Below are positions 18,891 through 27,191 of a stretch of 64,000 nt of DNA, piece after piece. Made by a program: the position numbers and the translations under genes. The stretch's first letter is position 1. Each line of letters starts with the position of its first letter. The stretch comes from a virus. Taxonomy: Duplodnaviria; Heunggongvirae; Uroviricota; Caudoviricetes. A model generated the notes under the pieces. It was not told where the DNA came from. It did not search any database and worked only from the letters and a program-made list of their open reading frames with translations. The stretch covers positions 16,259 through 80,258 of the IMG/VR virus record IMGVR_UViG_3300011772_000022. One strand, written 5' to 3'.

Positions 18891-19277
18891 TTACTTCTTT
18901 TTCTCTTCCTCTTTCTGAATAAGTTCAAGTACCTTATCGGCATATGGTTCATCTTTGTTTACTACATAATAAGATGGTTCCGGGTCTCGACCACCGAATT
19001 TTCGCAGTTCCATTACACGGCGAATGATTTCTTCTAGTTGGTCAAATTCATCAGAGCCTTCTAAAACACGATTGATTTCATCCCATTTTAGTACAAGGAA
19101 TTTGTTGTACATCTCATGTGGATAATCTTTGAAGTCACCAATATCCATTTCCGTGTCCTTGTAACTCTCTCGTGTTACATCCCAACAATCTTTACACATG
19201 CTCGCTGCACCGTCCGCCATAAATGGAGATGGTCTTACTTCTGGTCTTAATTCATCACAATAGTTACATAGTTTCAT
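18891..19277 (-). CDS. hypothetical protein (128 aa)
   Basis: RBS TTAGGAGGGTATAAT before the ATG. Confidence 0.5.
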   Translation of the reverse strand: MKLCNYCDELRPEVRPSPFMADGAASMCKDCWDVTRESYKDTEMDIGDFKDYPHEMYNKFLVLKWDEINRVLEGSDEFDQLEEIIRRVMELRKFGGRDPEPSYYVVNKDEPYADKVLELIQKEEEKKK

Positions 19278-19278
19278 A

Positions 19279-19551
19279 TTATACCCTCCTAATGTATCCT
19301 TGGCATATTAATGTATTAAACATTGAGGCTAGTGTGTATTTAATCTCTGCCTTCACATGAGGCATCATCGGTTGGAATAAAAACTCATTTTCCAATAGTG
19401 TTTTTACATCGAACAAAATCATTTCCTTCGTAGTGCTGATATCGATTACCTCTACGTTGTTATTCAGTATCGAGGCAACGTTTACTGACACGTCTCCACG
19501 TAATCCGTCTGTTAGTATAATAAAATCCGATTCATCAAATAGTTCTCTCAT
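19279..19551 (-). CDS. hypothetical protein (90 aa)
   Basis: ORF. Confidence 0.45.
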   Translation of the reverse strand: MRELFDESDFIILTDGLRGDVSVNVASILNNNVEVIDISTTKEMILFDVKTLLENEFLFQPMMPHVKAEIKYTLASMFNTLICQGYIRRV

Positions 19552-19554
19552 GAT

Positions 19555-19869
19555 TTACCACCCTCTTACAATATCGACGACCATGAACCCTAGTTTCACT
19601 TTTGATTGTCCTCGACCTTGATTCTTTACTGAAAGGTCATACAATGGAAGAGCATAGTCATCGTCAGGGGTAGCATATAATATCCACTTACCATCCTGCA
19701 ACCCAATGTATCCATTCTTTCGGGCATCACCATAGATTCTTGTGCGCTGCCTATAAGTTGTATCATCCCCTTTCCTCATGATGAGTGTTACCTTTTCCCC
19801 ATAACTGAAAGATTTAATCTTATCTAAAAGATTCCTGATTACATCTAGCGCCTCTTCCTTTGTTCTCAT
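19555..19869 (-). CDS. hypothetical protein (104 aa)
   Basis: ORF. Confidence 0.45.
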   Translation of the reverse strand: MRTKEEALDVIRNLLDKIKSFSYGEKVTLIMRKGDDTTYRQRTRIYGDARKNGYIGLQDGKWILYATPDDDYALPLYDLSVKNQGRGQSKVKLGFMVVDIVRGW

Positions 19870-20417
19870 GCTTGCATCTCCTTTAATTGAGTGGTTAATG
19901 TTTTAGCTAGTTCTAAGTTGTTTTCATCTAGTGCCATATCAATAGCCGCTTTAACATTGGAACGTTCCATATGACGAAGGAATCGATTCAGTTGCTTATG
20001 GTCGATGTCCAATAGTTCCGTGCGGAGCATTGATTCTGTGTCTGGTAGTTCTTCGATGAGTGCAAGGTTTGGGTCTCTCCCCATATCTTCATATACAATC
20101 GAGATAGATAAGTCCTTATATTCCTGTCCTTTGCTACGTAATGTTTGAAAAATTATTTCTGCATTGTTACTCTGTACTTTCCCATTTTGATACCAAGCAA
20201 CAGGACCCGGGTATTTATTCCTTTCCGAAGAAGATAAGCCACGAGAAATTATCTGGATGCATACGCCTTGTTGTGGAATATTTCTCACGACTTTTACTCT
20301 TTTAAGTAATGTTTCAGAACCTAAGAAGTATCGAATCACATCGCCACCTGTTTGTAATGCAGGCGGATATTTCTTTAATACATCCGTTAAAAATTTCTTT
20401 TTCTCAGTGTTTCCCAT
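19866..20417 (-). CDS. hypothetical protein (183 aa)
   Basis: RBS GGGGAGGAGAGGCTATC before the ATG. Confidence 0.5.
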   Translation of the reverse strand: MGNTEKKKFLTDVLKKYPPALQTGGDVIRYFLGSETLLKRVKVVRNIPQQGVCIQIISRGLSSSERNKYPGPVAWYQNGKVQSNNAEIIFQTLRSKGQEYKDLSISIVYEDMGRDPNLALIEELPDTESMLRTELLDIDHKQLNRFLRHMERSNVKAAIDMALDENNLELAKTLTTQLKEMQA

Positions 20418-20518
20418 GATAGCCTCTCCTCCCCTTCTCGGTATATGTTTATATTATTCTATCCTTGGAAACTGGTAAATTAGTATTTAATTCTCCAAGA
20501 ATACCCAAAGTCCTTTTA

Positions 20519-20917
20519 TTATACAAGTCTTCCTGCATACCAGAATTCAGCTAACGAGAAACATCCAACATAGCGGTCACATTTCTTATTTACAAATAAG
20601 TCGAACACTCTTCGCTTAGAGCACACGTTATAGGCGTAGCCAATCATGTCACCATTAGTCACCAGTTGCCCATCCCTTGGGTCGGTACTTAATCTGAAGT
20701 TATCAATGGCAATAGCAGTAAGCACGTTATCCCTAGTAGGTCCATATTTGTTGTAGATTTCTCTAGCATTCAGATAATCTTCATCCTTCTTAAAATGTTT
20801 ATCTGGTTTGTCAGCCAATAACAAACCTAGTATACGGGATGTAGGATAGTTCTTTTCTTTCATCTGTTTCGCCCATTCAATGACAGGCATATGTTCAGGT
20901 AGTAATGTAGGATACAT
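20519..20917 (-). CDS. hypothetical protein (start re-assigned to MYPTLLPEH)
   Basis: RBS AATAGGAGGAAATCAA before ATG 20915-20917. Confidence 0.45.
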   Translation of the reverse strand: MYPTLLPEHMPVIEWAKQMKEKNYPTSRILGLLLADKPDKHFKKDEDYLNAREIYNKYGPTRDNVLTAIAIDNFRLSTDPRDGQLVTNGDMIGYAYNVCSKRRVFDLFVNKKCDRYVGCFSLAEFWYAGRLV

Positions 20918-20928
20918 TTGATTTCCTC

Positions 20929-21309
20929 CTATTGAATCCAGTACCAGTTTGGATTCGTTAATATTGTTAGTGCCTGCATCAGGCGGTCCGTGTAGAAGTG
21001 TCCGAAATGACATTCCGATTGAGGTATCTGCATTATCCATGCCAACCTCCTATAGGCTTCACTTCGACTTAACTGGTTACTCTTCCACACGTCGTCGAAT
21101 AATTCATGACACGCTTTCTTTAGTACCCGCATTTCTCTTGTAGCTAAAACGCCAAGAGGGTTCTTTGTTCCATTATGCACACCAACACTCGCCATGCAGT
21201 TCCGACAAAGGTAACACTTCCCATTCCCGTATTCTTTTCCGTATATTTCTTTGTTTGATGTAAATACAACTTCGTGCCCACAAAACGTACATATTGTTGG
21301 CGGCTGCAT
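20929..21309 (-). CDS. hypothetical Zn-finger protein (CTFCGH...CYLCRNC)
   Basis: RBS AGGAGGGATATT before the ATG. Confidence 0.5.
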   Translation of the reverse strand: MQPPTICTFCGHEVVFTSNKEIYGKEYGNGKCYLCRNCMASVGVHNGTKNPLGVLATREMRVLKKACHELFDDVWKSNQLSRSEAYRRLAWIMQIPQSECHFGHFYTDRLMQALTILTNPNWYWIQ

Positions 21310-21320
21310 AATATCCCTCC

Positions 21321-21497
21321 TTATTCGTCCCAGTCGCTCATAATTTGTTCGATACCATCGTCAATCTTTTCTACTATCTCGTAAGCTCTAGAATTTACAT
21401 CCAAGTTACCTCTTCCATGAAGAAGACCATTACGTAAAGCCTCTGCTTCTTCATAGGTTAATTCCAGTATCACTTTTCGCACTGTTTTTACGTCCAT
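21321..21497 (-). CDS. small hypothetical protein (58 aa; below the track cutoff)
   Basis: ATGA overlap with the upstream gene; MDVKTVRKVILELTYEEAEALRNG... Confidence 0.3.
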   Translation of the reverse strand: MDVKTVRKVILELTYEEAEALRNGLLHGRGNLDVNSRAYEIVEKIDDGIEQIMSDWDE

Positions 21498-21733
21498 CAA
21501 TATTCCTCCTCTTTAAGTGCCATTCCCTCTGGTCTCTTCATGATGTGGGCGTAATGACCGTCATTGAAATAGAAGTATTCATAACCAAATCCATTACGAT
21601 GCAAGATATCAATTGCCGTCTGTTTCGTCTTCGCCAAAATGTCAGCGTGACCTTGTGTTAGTAATTGTACTTCCATCTCTTCTTCTGTTTCTTGTATGAA
21701 TACAATATCGCCGCAGTAACCAATTGTTTTCAT
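21497..21733 (-). CDS. hypothetical protein (78 aa)
   Basis: ORF. Confidence 0.45.
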   Translation of the reverse strand: MKTIGYCGDIVFIQETEEEMEVQLLTQGHADILAKTKQTAIDILHRNGFGYEYFYFNDGHYAHIMKRPEGMALKEEEY

Positions 21734-21862
21734 CTTAATACCCCCTCTGATTTTCTTTTTCTAATAGTTCCATACACCGTGAATAAACTTCCCACGTAAT
21801 TTCACCTTTCTCGTACTGCTCCTTGAATCTCCTTTTCATGAATTCATATTTTTCGCCATTCA

Positions 21863-22063
21863 TCAGGATTCCCCCAATCGTTGCACCCAGTAATTAACCG
21901 TTACATCATTTAGTGAAACACTGAATGATTTACCTGTAATAACGTAAGTGTTTCCTTTGATATCAATACGGCTTTGCTTCTCCATATCCGGGAAAGGATA
22001 TTTATTCACCAATGACATAATCTCACCTACATGATTATCATGAAAAACAACGAAGTATTTCAT
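21863..22063 (-). CDS. hypothetical protein (start re-assigned to MKYFVVF; the track start overlaps the upstream gene)
   Basis: The start overlaps the stop of 22063..22293 by 1 nt. Confidence 0.35.
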   Translation of the reverse strand: MKYFVVFHDNHVGEIMSLVNKYPFPDMEKQSRIDIKGNTYVITGKSFSVSLNDVTVNYWVQRLGES

Positions 22064-22293
22064 TACCACCACATCCACCCTCTTTTCTCGAAGTCTTCCC
22101 ATTCTTCTCTCAGGATTGTCATTCGTCTCTCTTGCTCCTGTCCGTAACATTCTAAAAGGACCACTACTCTCACACGCTCTTTTTCAATCAGGTTCTCCTC
22201 TTTCCACGGTAGACCTTGGGGGAGAAGTTTTATAGAATCCATCGGCAGTACACTGATAACCTTTTTAATGTGCGCTCTTACTTCTAAGCCCAT
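22063..22293 (-). CDS. hypothetical protein (76 aa)
   Basis: ORF. Confidence 0.4.
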   Translation of the reverse strand: MGLEVRAHIKKVISVLPMDSIKLLPQGLPWKEENLIEKERVRVVVLLECYGQEQERRMTILREEWEDFEKRGWMWW

Positions 22294-22305
22294 GATTGTT
22301 TCCTC

Positions 22306-22503
22306 CTATGCCATAAAGTATCCTTGCTTCTTGATTTGCTCCCATTGCGCTTTATCCCAAACATTCGTGTATTCTTGAATACCGCCATAACAATTTGCGA
22401 GTACCTTTACCTCAACAAATTCTTTATCCCATTTCTTTGTCCAATCCTCCGTATAAGGCTCCACGGAAATTACTTCTTTAATGTAGTGTTCTAAAATGTT
22501 CAT
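22306..22503 (-). CDS. hypothetical protein (65 aa)
   Basis: ORF. Confidence 0.4.
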   Translation of the reverse strand: MNILEHYIKEVISVEPYTEDWTKKWDKEFVEVKVLANCYGGIQEYTNVWDKAQWEQIKKQGYFMA

Positions 22504-22628
22504 TCTTCTTCCTCCTCAATAGGTTCTTCTGTCATATCCTTCTCACAGTTTACGCAATAGTAGTAAACTATACCATCTGTACCTCCTATCGGAGCAATGT
22601 CTGTATGTTTGCAGTTATTCATCGCCAT
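22500..22628 (-). CDS. small Zn-ribbon protein (42 aa; below the track cutoff)
   Basis: MAMNNCKHTDIAPIGGTDGIVYYYCVNCEKDMTEEPIEEEEE; ATGA coupling at both ends. Confidence 0.3.
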   Translation of the reverse strand: MAMNNCKHTDIAPIGGTDGIVYYYCVNCEKDMTEEPIEEEEE

Positions 22629-22857
22629 CTAACTCCTCTATTTCATCTGCTACTTCACATCTTCCCTCTTGGTAAACCCAACATTGAGGACCACAACCAC
22701 CCCATATTCCAACTTTATGACAGTCAGATGTTGATAAGGACCCGAATAGCCCTTCTTCAATTCTTACACTAATTTCGAAATCCCTATCCATAGTCATCCT
22801 CCTAGTATGGTGTATATACTTTCTTCCCTTGTTTGAAATCTTCATGCGCCAAAACAA
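22615..22857 (-). CDS. hypothetical Cys-rich protein (80 aa)
   Basis: ORF. Confidence 0.4.
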   Translation of the reverse strand: MFWRMKISNKGRKYIHHTRRMTMDRDFEISVRIEEGLFGSLSTSDCHKVGIWGGCGPQCWVYQEGRCEVADEIEELDGDE

Positions 22858-23044
22858 CCTTTAGAAATTTCCTACATTCGTCATTAATATCCCGTAAGTT
22901 ACCACCTACTAAGTCTCGATGACATCTTACAATTGTATGATTAATTTTCTTGTTCTCTTCAATTGATTCTTTGAGGTGCCAAGGGAGGTCAATCTCCCTC
23001 TTCACCACATCAAAGTCTAAGTCTGTTGCTTCTCTATAAAACAT
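22802..23044 (-). CDS. hypothetical protein (start re-assigned to MFYREATD)
   Basis: RBS TATAGGAGGGGTTCAG before ATG 23042-23044. Confidence 0.45.
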   Translation of the reverse strand: MFYREATDLDFDVVKREIDLPWHLKESIEENKKINHTIVRCHRDLVGGNLRDINDECRKFLKVVLAHEDFKQGKKVYTPY

Positions 23045-23055
23045 CTGAACCCCTC

Positions 23056-23379
23056 CTATAAATCTAATAATCGGATAACGTCTTCGCTCGTATGTCCGTC
23101 CCAAGCAGGTGCAGTAGGTAATTCATCTACCTCGAATTTCTCCCAGTCGTCCTTGTGATAATGGTAAGTAAATTGACCCTCTGGTGTTTCAATCCCAACA
23201 ATGAAGTAATCGTCAAACATTGTGCCGTCGTCATGGAGCCATGATTTCCATGCATGTTCTTTATGTGCCTTACATACGACTGCAAATAATATCAGACGTT
23301 GATAATATAGTTCATCAAATGTGTGGTACCCATCACTGATTAAACCTTTTCTTTATACATCAAATTCAAATTTTGGCAT
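23056..23379 (-). pseudogene. possible degraded gene: strong RBS plus ATG, an in-frame TAA after 8 codons, then ~75 open codons and an apparent frame change
   Basis: AGGAGGAAGAATAAG ATG CCA AAA TTT GAA TTT GAT GTA TAA, then an open frame. No ATG/GTG/TTG-initiated ORF of 60 aa or more covers this 330-bp gap in an otherwise gap-free region. Read by hand and may contain errors. Confidence 0.25.
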
Positions 23380-23380
23380 C

Positions 23381-23611
23381 TTATTCTTCCTCCTCAGTTA
23401 TGAATATAGGAAGCTCTGTATCGATATGTACAGGTTTCCCTCCGATTACATTAATACCTAAATCCTTCTCGCCTTTTTCATTCAGTTTCATAGAGAATAT
23501 TACTGCTGCATTGTTACATGTATATATGAAGTCATCTCCCACTTCCATCTGCCTACCATTCAATTCCTTCTTCAGCGCCTCGAAAAATAAACTTAAATCA
23601 AGTCCCTTCAT
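23381..23611 (-). CDS. hypothetical protein (76 aa)
   Basis: ORF. Confidence 0.45.
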   Translation of the reverse strand: MKGLDLSLFFEALKKELNGRQMEVGDDFIYTCNNAAVIFSMKLNEKGEKDLGINVIGGKPVHIDTELPIFITEEEE

Positions 23612-23787
23612 TTCGCATCCTCCTTTACTAATTCATGTTCCATTAACCAAGTTTCCGGTTTTTCTACAATGTTATACTGATATCCGAATGGCGGACAATT
23701 CAATGCATACCACCAAGAGTCAATCGTAACAATCTCACCCGTCGCTTTAATGCGAACTGTTTCTCCGTCTTCAAATAAGTTTTTCAT
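23608..23787 (-). CDS. small hypothetical protein (59 aa; below the track cutoff)
   Basis: MKNLFEDGETVRIKATGEIVTIDSWWYALNCPPFGYQYNIVEKPETWLMEHELVKEDAK; ATGA/TAATG overlaps on both sides. Confidence 0.4.
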   Translation of the reverse strand: MKNLFEDGETVRIKATGEIVTIDSWWYALNCPPFGYQYNIVEKPETWLMEHELVKEDAK

Positions 23788-24047
23788 TATTCCTCATCCT
23801 CCTCGTGGTAACTATCCCATTCTTTTACACGACCTCTTGTGTGTTCCCAAATCCCATTTTTCTCTAATCGTAGTAACGTAATTTCTACTGGAACATAATT
23901 AACGGATAATTCATTTTCAATAACCTGTTCCGCCAGTTCCTTTGTTGGTAGGAAACATGTTTCAGTTATCGACATTGTATCTTCACCTGCTGCAACATCA
24001 TAGAATGCATCTTCTTCATACTTATAAGCAATCGCCCAAAATTTCAC
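23787..24047 (-). CDS. hypothetical protein (86 aa; GTG start)
   Basis: RBS AGGAGGAAGAAGA before the GTG. Confidence 0.45.
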   Translation of the reverse strand: MKFWAIAYKYEEDAFYDVAAGEDTMSITETCFLPTKELAEQVIENELSVNYVPVEITLLRLEKNGIWEHTRGRVKEWDSYHEEDEE

Positions 24048-24208
24048 TCTTCTTCCTCCTTATTAAACCCACGTTTCTTTAGTTCTACGCCCATAAAATC
24101 CACCCCATCAGTAATCCTAGTAGGAATATTGGAATTCCTACCGGAAGTAACGCTTTTAGCATCTCCCATTTGTAGTACCAGATAAATTCCATCATATCTT
24201 TGAAGCTC

Positions 24209-24445
24209 TTAGGACCCCACATCTTCTGTGCTCCCTTCTACAATCCATCCGTTTCGCAGTGCATATTTATACTTTCTTGAGTATCGGTATTTCCATTCAT
24301 CCCACTCTTTTCGATGACCCGTTACTGCATGGGGGTTACCTTCTCTTTTCTTTACTAAAATGTCCGCAACCCATTGAGGGATTACAGGTTTATATAATGG
24401 TTCCATGTTCAGTCCTCCTTTATTACTGTTGCACCCTTGAGCCAC
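24209..24445 (-). CDS. hypothetical protein (78 aa)
   Basis: ORF. Confidence 0.45.
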   Translation of the reverse strand: MAQGCNSNKGGLNMEPLYKPVIPQWVADILVKKREGNPHAVTGHRKEWDEWKYRYSRKYKYALRNGWIVEGSTEDVGS

Positions 24446-24918
24446 TTTAGGAAGATAGGTGTACTCTCACCTACAACATCCTTAGAAGAAGGCTTTCTAT
24501 AATAAACAAACATCGCATCAATACCAAGGAATGTCCGTTTTCGTTTTCCCTTTTGTAGTACCGTTCCTGTTTTCATACCGTCCAAGTCTCTTAATGTTAG
24601 TTCGTTCTCGTCTTTCTGTTTTTCTAATGCCGCACACATTACTTTGTAACGAGTTCTCCCTTCTCTTTTTACTTTCTTTGTACCTTGGTAATGCTCACAA
24701 GTTGGAATCATATGCACCCCACCATGATAACCGCTACGATAAATACATTGGCACTCATGCAGTACAGGATTTTCTCTACCTTCTGGAACGGATAGATATT
24801 TATTACGTGTACGTTGTGTATCTTTTCGTTTAATCGGGCAATCCTCTACTAACACATGTACATCTTCTGTGCCATCTGTCCCAAATGCACAACAACTCGA
24901 TATTATTTCTTTTTTCAT
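24409..24918 (-). CDS. hypothetical Cys/His-rich protein (169 aa)
   Basis: RBS TAGGAGGAAGAGGGAA before the ATG; several CxxC/H motifs. Confidence 0.5.
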   Translation of the reverse strand: MKKEIISSCCAFGTDGTEDVHVLVEDCPIKRKDTQRTRNKYLSVPEGRENPVLHECQCIYRSGYHGGVHMIPTCEHYQGTKKVKREGRTRYKVMCAALEKQKDENELTLRDLDGMKTGTVLQKGKRKRTFLGIDAMFVYYRKPSSKDVVGESTPIFLKWLKGATVIKED

Positions 24919-24942
24919 TTCCCTCTTCCTCCTAGTAAGGTA

Positions 24943-24958
24943 AGGGGCTTTCGCCCCT
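24943..24958 (-). other. GC-rich hairpin with a GNRA tetraloop (AGGGGC-GAAA-GCCCCT on the mRNA) directly upstream of the RBS of 24409..24918
   Basis: Perfect 6-bp GC stem, GAAA loop, not followed by a T-run. Possibly an RNA stability or processing element. Confidence 0.35.
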
Positions 24959-24959
24959 C

Positions 24960-25364
24960 CTATATAAAGTCACTCTGTCTCATACCATTCATAACATCCT
25001 TTGCATCCGCTTCCTGTTCACGGCGAAGGTCTATGATGTCATGTACAATACTTCGCATTTCTTTCCATTTGTTAATGTACATATAATCGTGAATCCATTC
25101 GTACATTCCTGTCGGTAAGTTCTTCAGGTGGATGTCGTCTTCTGATTGATACATATTATCTAAAATGTCATCAAGCATCTTCACCCAGTCTTGGTCATCG
25201 AATTCCCCCGGAGCAAATCGTTGAGGGTCCTCCAAACCTTTTCTTCTCATTTCTTCTAAGATGTTACTGATAATCCCGTCTGACTTTAGTTGTTTGAAAT
25301 GCGCCTTCAATATCATCTTGTTCATGTGTGATTCCTCCTTATGTTTACAGTATAGGCAATGCAC
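24960..25364 (-). CDS. hypothetical protein (134 aa)
   Basis: ORF. Confidence 0.5.
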   Translation of the reverse strand: MHCLYCKHKEESHMNKMILKAHFKQLKSDGIISNILEEMRRKGLEDPQRFAPGEFDDQDWVKMLDDILDNMYQSEDDIHLKNLPTGMYEWIHDYMYINKWKEMRSIVHDIIDLRREQEADAKDVMNGMRQSDFI

Positions 25365-25377
25365 CGAAACGAGGGTA

Positions 25378-26796
25378 TTAACGTTTTTTGATGTCTAATA
25401 AATTCATAATCATATCAGAGTAGCCCGTGATAAGTTTCTGTGGCTCCCCGTTCTCCTTTGTTTTCCAACGTAGTCCTTCATGGATTAATACCTTTGTCAT
25501 TTCATATAGGTCTTCACTTAAAGTCTCATCAATATAGATAACATCATCCCCAAAGTGATATAGACCTTTTACGGCGATACCATTGCTTTCTAATTCTGAA
25601 GCGAATCTAACAGGGGGTAAATCATCTTTTCGTTCCAAGCCTAATACCTTTGCTGCTTTTTCTTCTGCTACCTCTAAGTCTAGGACAGGAGCAGACGTTG
25701 CAGCAGTTGTAGATTGTTTAACTTTAGACGTGTTCTTAATCACATCATCTACTTTCGGGAATCCAATGCTACCTAAGAAGTATCTCCATGCAGTAGGAAG
25801 TTCGATTAAGTGGTAACCCATATTTTCAGCTTCCTTATTCTTATCATTGTTTTCCAGAGAGGAAAGCATTAGCTTCTCTACGTCTACTGAATGACATTCT
25901 GCTACCGCCTGCTTCCATAGAGAGCGCATTGTATCCAAGTCTGTATCGCAATCATAGGCAACCATTGGTCCTTCACGAAGGTCAGCATATTTAGAAGCCT
26001 TCTCTTTATCCATCGCACCGTAAATGAAGTTCTCGATAAATTGCGTATCATATTCCATTTCTTTAAATACAACTCTTCCGATTTTCATTAATGCATCTGA
26101 GATGTTTACTTTCGTTCTATCTCGGTTCATCAGAGAGCGGTCTGTCAGATTGTATGCATATTTAATTTCCAGTGGGCTTTCGAAGCCAAAGAATTCTTCC
26201 TTCTTGATTTCTCCAATAAGAACCCCACGAATCCATAACTCATGATAGCGACCCGGTAGTACGGAATTACGAACCACATCATCTTGGTCAATATCTTCAA
26301 ATGGAGCAAACCCTTTAACGGCATGTAAGAATTCTTCTTCAGATACCTTCGCTTCAACCAGTGTTCCAACCCCTCGGTCATTCGGTTCGACTTCAATAGT
26401 CAAGACGTTTGTGTTGTGCTCTGTTTGCACCATTACGCCTTTGAATGTGTAGCCTACCGTTTCGACTTTGTGTTCGATATTATTTCTCGCCATTGCTAAA
26501 AGAAATAATTTCCACCCTTCACCGAAGTTACCTAATCCGTCTTCGTCATCTCGTTGTTCAGATTCTCCAATGTATAGATATCGTTTATCGAATCCTGTGT
26601 GTTGGTCTTTCAGTACGCCTACGCCTCTTTCATTGTCATAGAACAGTGTAGCCTTCTTACCAGATTTAACAGTTCCATATGCGATGTTTTGTGCTGCTTC
26701 TCGAAGTCCTTCCATTGCGCCCCAGTAGCTCACATAGTTTTCTGTTAGTCCCGTTGGAATAATTTCGTTACAAATCTCTAATTTATCAGTTGTCAT
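25378..26796 (-). CDS. hypothetical 472-aa protein with a weak GHKL-ATPase-like N-terminal signature
   Basis: EGLREAAQNIAYG / YDNERGVGV / DGLGNFGEGWK loosely resemble the N, G1 and G2 boxes of the Bergerat fold. Tentative. Confidence 0.5.
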   Translation of the reverse strand: MTTDKLEICNEIIPTGLTENYVSYWGAMEGLREAAQNIAYGTVKSGKKATLFYDNERGVGVLKDQHTGFDKRYLYIGESEQRDDEDGLGNFGEGWKLFLLAMARNNIEHKVETVGYTFKGVMVQTEHNTNVLTIEVEPNDRGVGTLVEAKVSEEEFLHAVKGFAPFEDIDQDDVVRNSVLPGRYHELWIRGVLIGEIKKEEFFGFESPLEIKYAYNLTDRSLMNRDRTKVNISDALMKIGRVVFKEMEYDTQFIENFIYGAMDKEKASKYADLREGPMVAYDCDTDLDTMRSLWKQAVAECHSVDVEKLMLSSLENNDKNKEAENMGYHLIELPTAWRYFLGSIGFPKVDDVIKNTSKVKQSTTAATSAPVLDLEVAEEKAAKVLGLERKDDLPPVRFASELESNGIAVKGLYHFGDDVIYIDETLSEDLYEMTKVLIHEGLRWKTKENGEPQKLITGYSDMIMNLLDIKKR

Positions 26797-26837
26797 TTTA
26801 AGCCCTCCAATAGTTTTATATGTGTGAAGTAATACCT

Positions 26838-26845
26838 GTTATAAT
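26838..26845 (+). promoter_or_regulatory. extended -10 promoter element TGTTATAAT (plus strand) inside the palindromic motif AATACCTGTTATAATAGGTATGT
   Basis: TGn plus TATAAT consensus; third copy of the 13346 motif. Confidence 0.35.
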
Positions 26846-26851
26846 AGGTAT

Positions 26852-27090
26852 GTCGTTCGATGTACCCTTATGTTAACCCATATTGGGGAAGATGTAAAGA
26901 GGTTTACCGAAACTATTGGTTTGCTTTTTGTTTACCAAAAATCAACAGTGACAAAAGCAAAAAATATATGGTAAGTTTGTATCATATTATGTGTCGAGTC
27001 GCATAATATAGATTAAGGATTGAATCTCTGGTTCGTCGTTAAGACCCATATCTTATAAAGTCTACCCTCGGTTGGGGTAGACCTTTTTCT
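26852..27090 (+). ncRNA. candidate plus-strand non-coding RNA (~240 nt) between the extended -10 promoter and the intrinsic terminator
   Basis: No RBS-preceded ORF. Bounded by the TGTTATAAT promoter (26838-26845) and the hairpin GTCTACCC-TCGGTT-GGGTAGAC plus T5 (27059-27090). It is the only long non-coding stretch in the replication region. Confidence 0.3.
27059..27090. terminator. bidirectional rho-independent terminator (8-bp stem; T-run on plus, TTTATAA on minus)
   Basis: aaagtctaccctcggttggggtagacctttttctt. Confidence 0.5.
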
Positions 27091-27155
27091 TGGTTTGATG
27101 TATACTAGGCAGGCGAGTAAATCACGCTAACCTTTTTCCTTTTTATCAACACGGT

Positions 27156-27191
27156 AAAGACCACCCCTATTCGGAGTGGTCTTCTTTTTCG
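27156..27191. terminator. hairpin AGACCAC..GTGGTCT plus TCTTTTTC overlapping the stop of the FtsK-like gene
   Basis: aaagaccacccctattcggagtggtcttctttttcg. Confidence 0.4.

Noticed and set aside
24045-24168. 42-aa minus-strand ORF (MGDAKSVTSGRNSN...) in the 160-bp gap at 24047-24209
   Set aside because: There is no Shine-Dalgarno sequence upstream of its ATG, so the region was left unannotated.
26871-27023. 50-aa plus-strand ORF (MYPYVNPYWGRCKEVYRNYWFAFCLPK...) inside the candidate sRNA region
   Set aside because: It has no RBS, lies on the otherwise non-coding strand, and has low-complexity aromatic-rich content. The non-coding RNA reading is preferred, but the ORF is not excluded.
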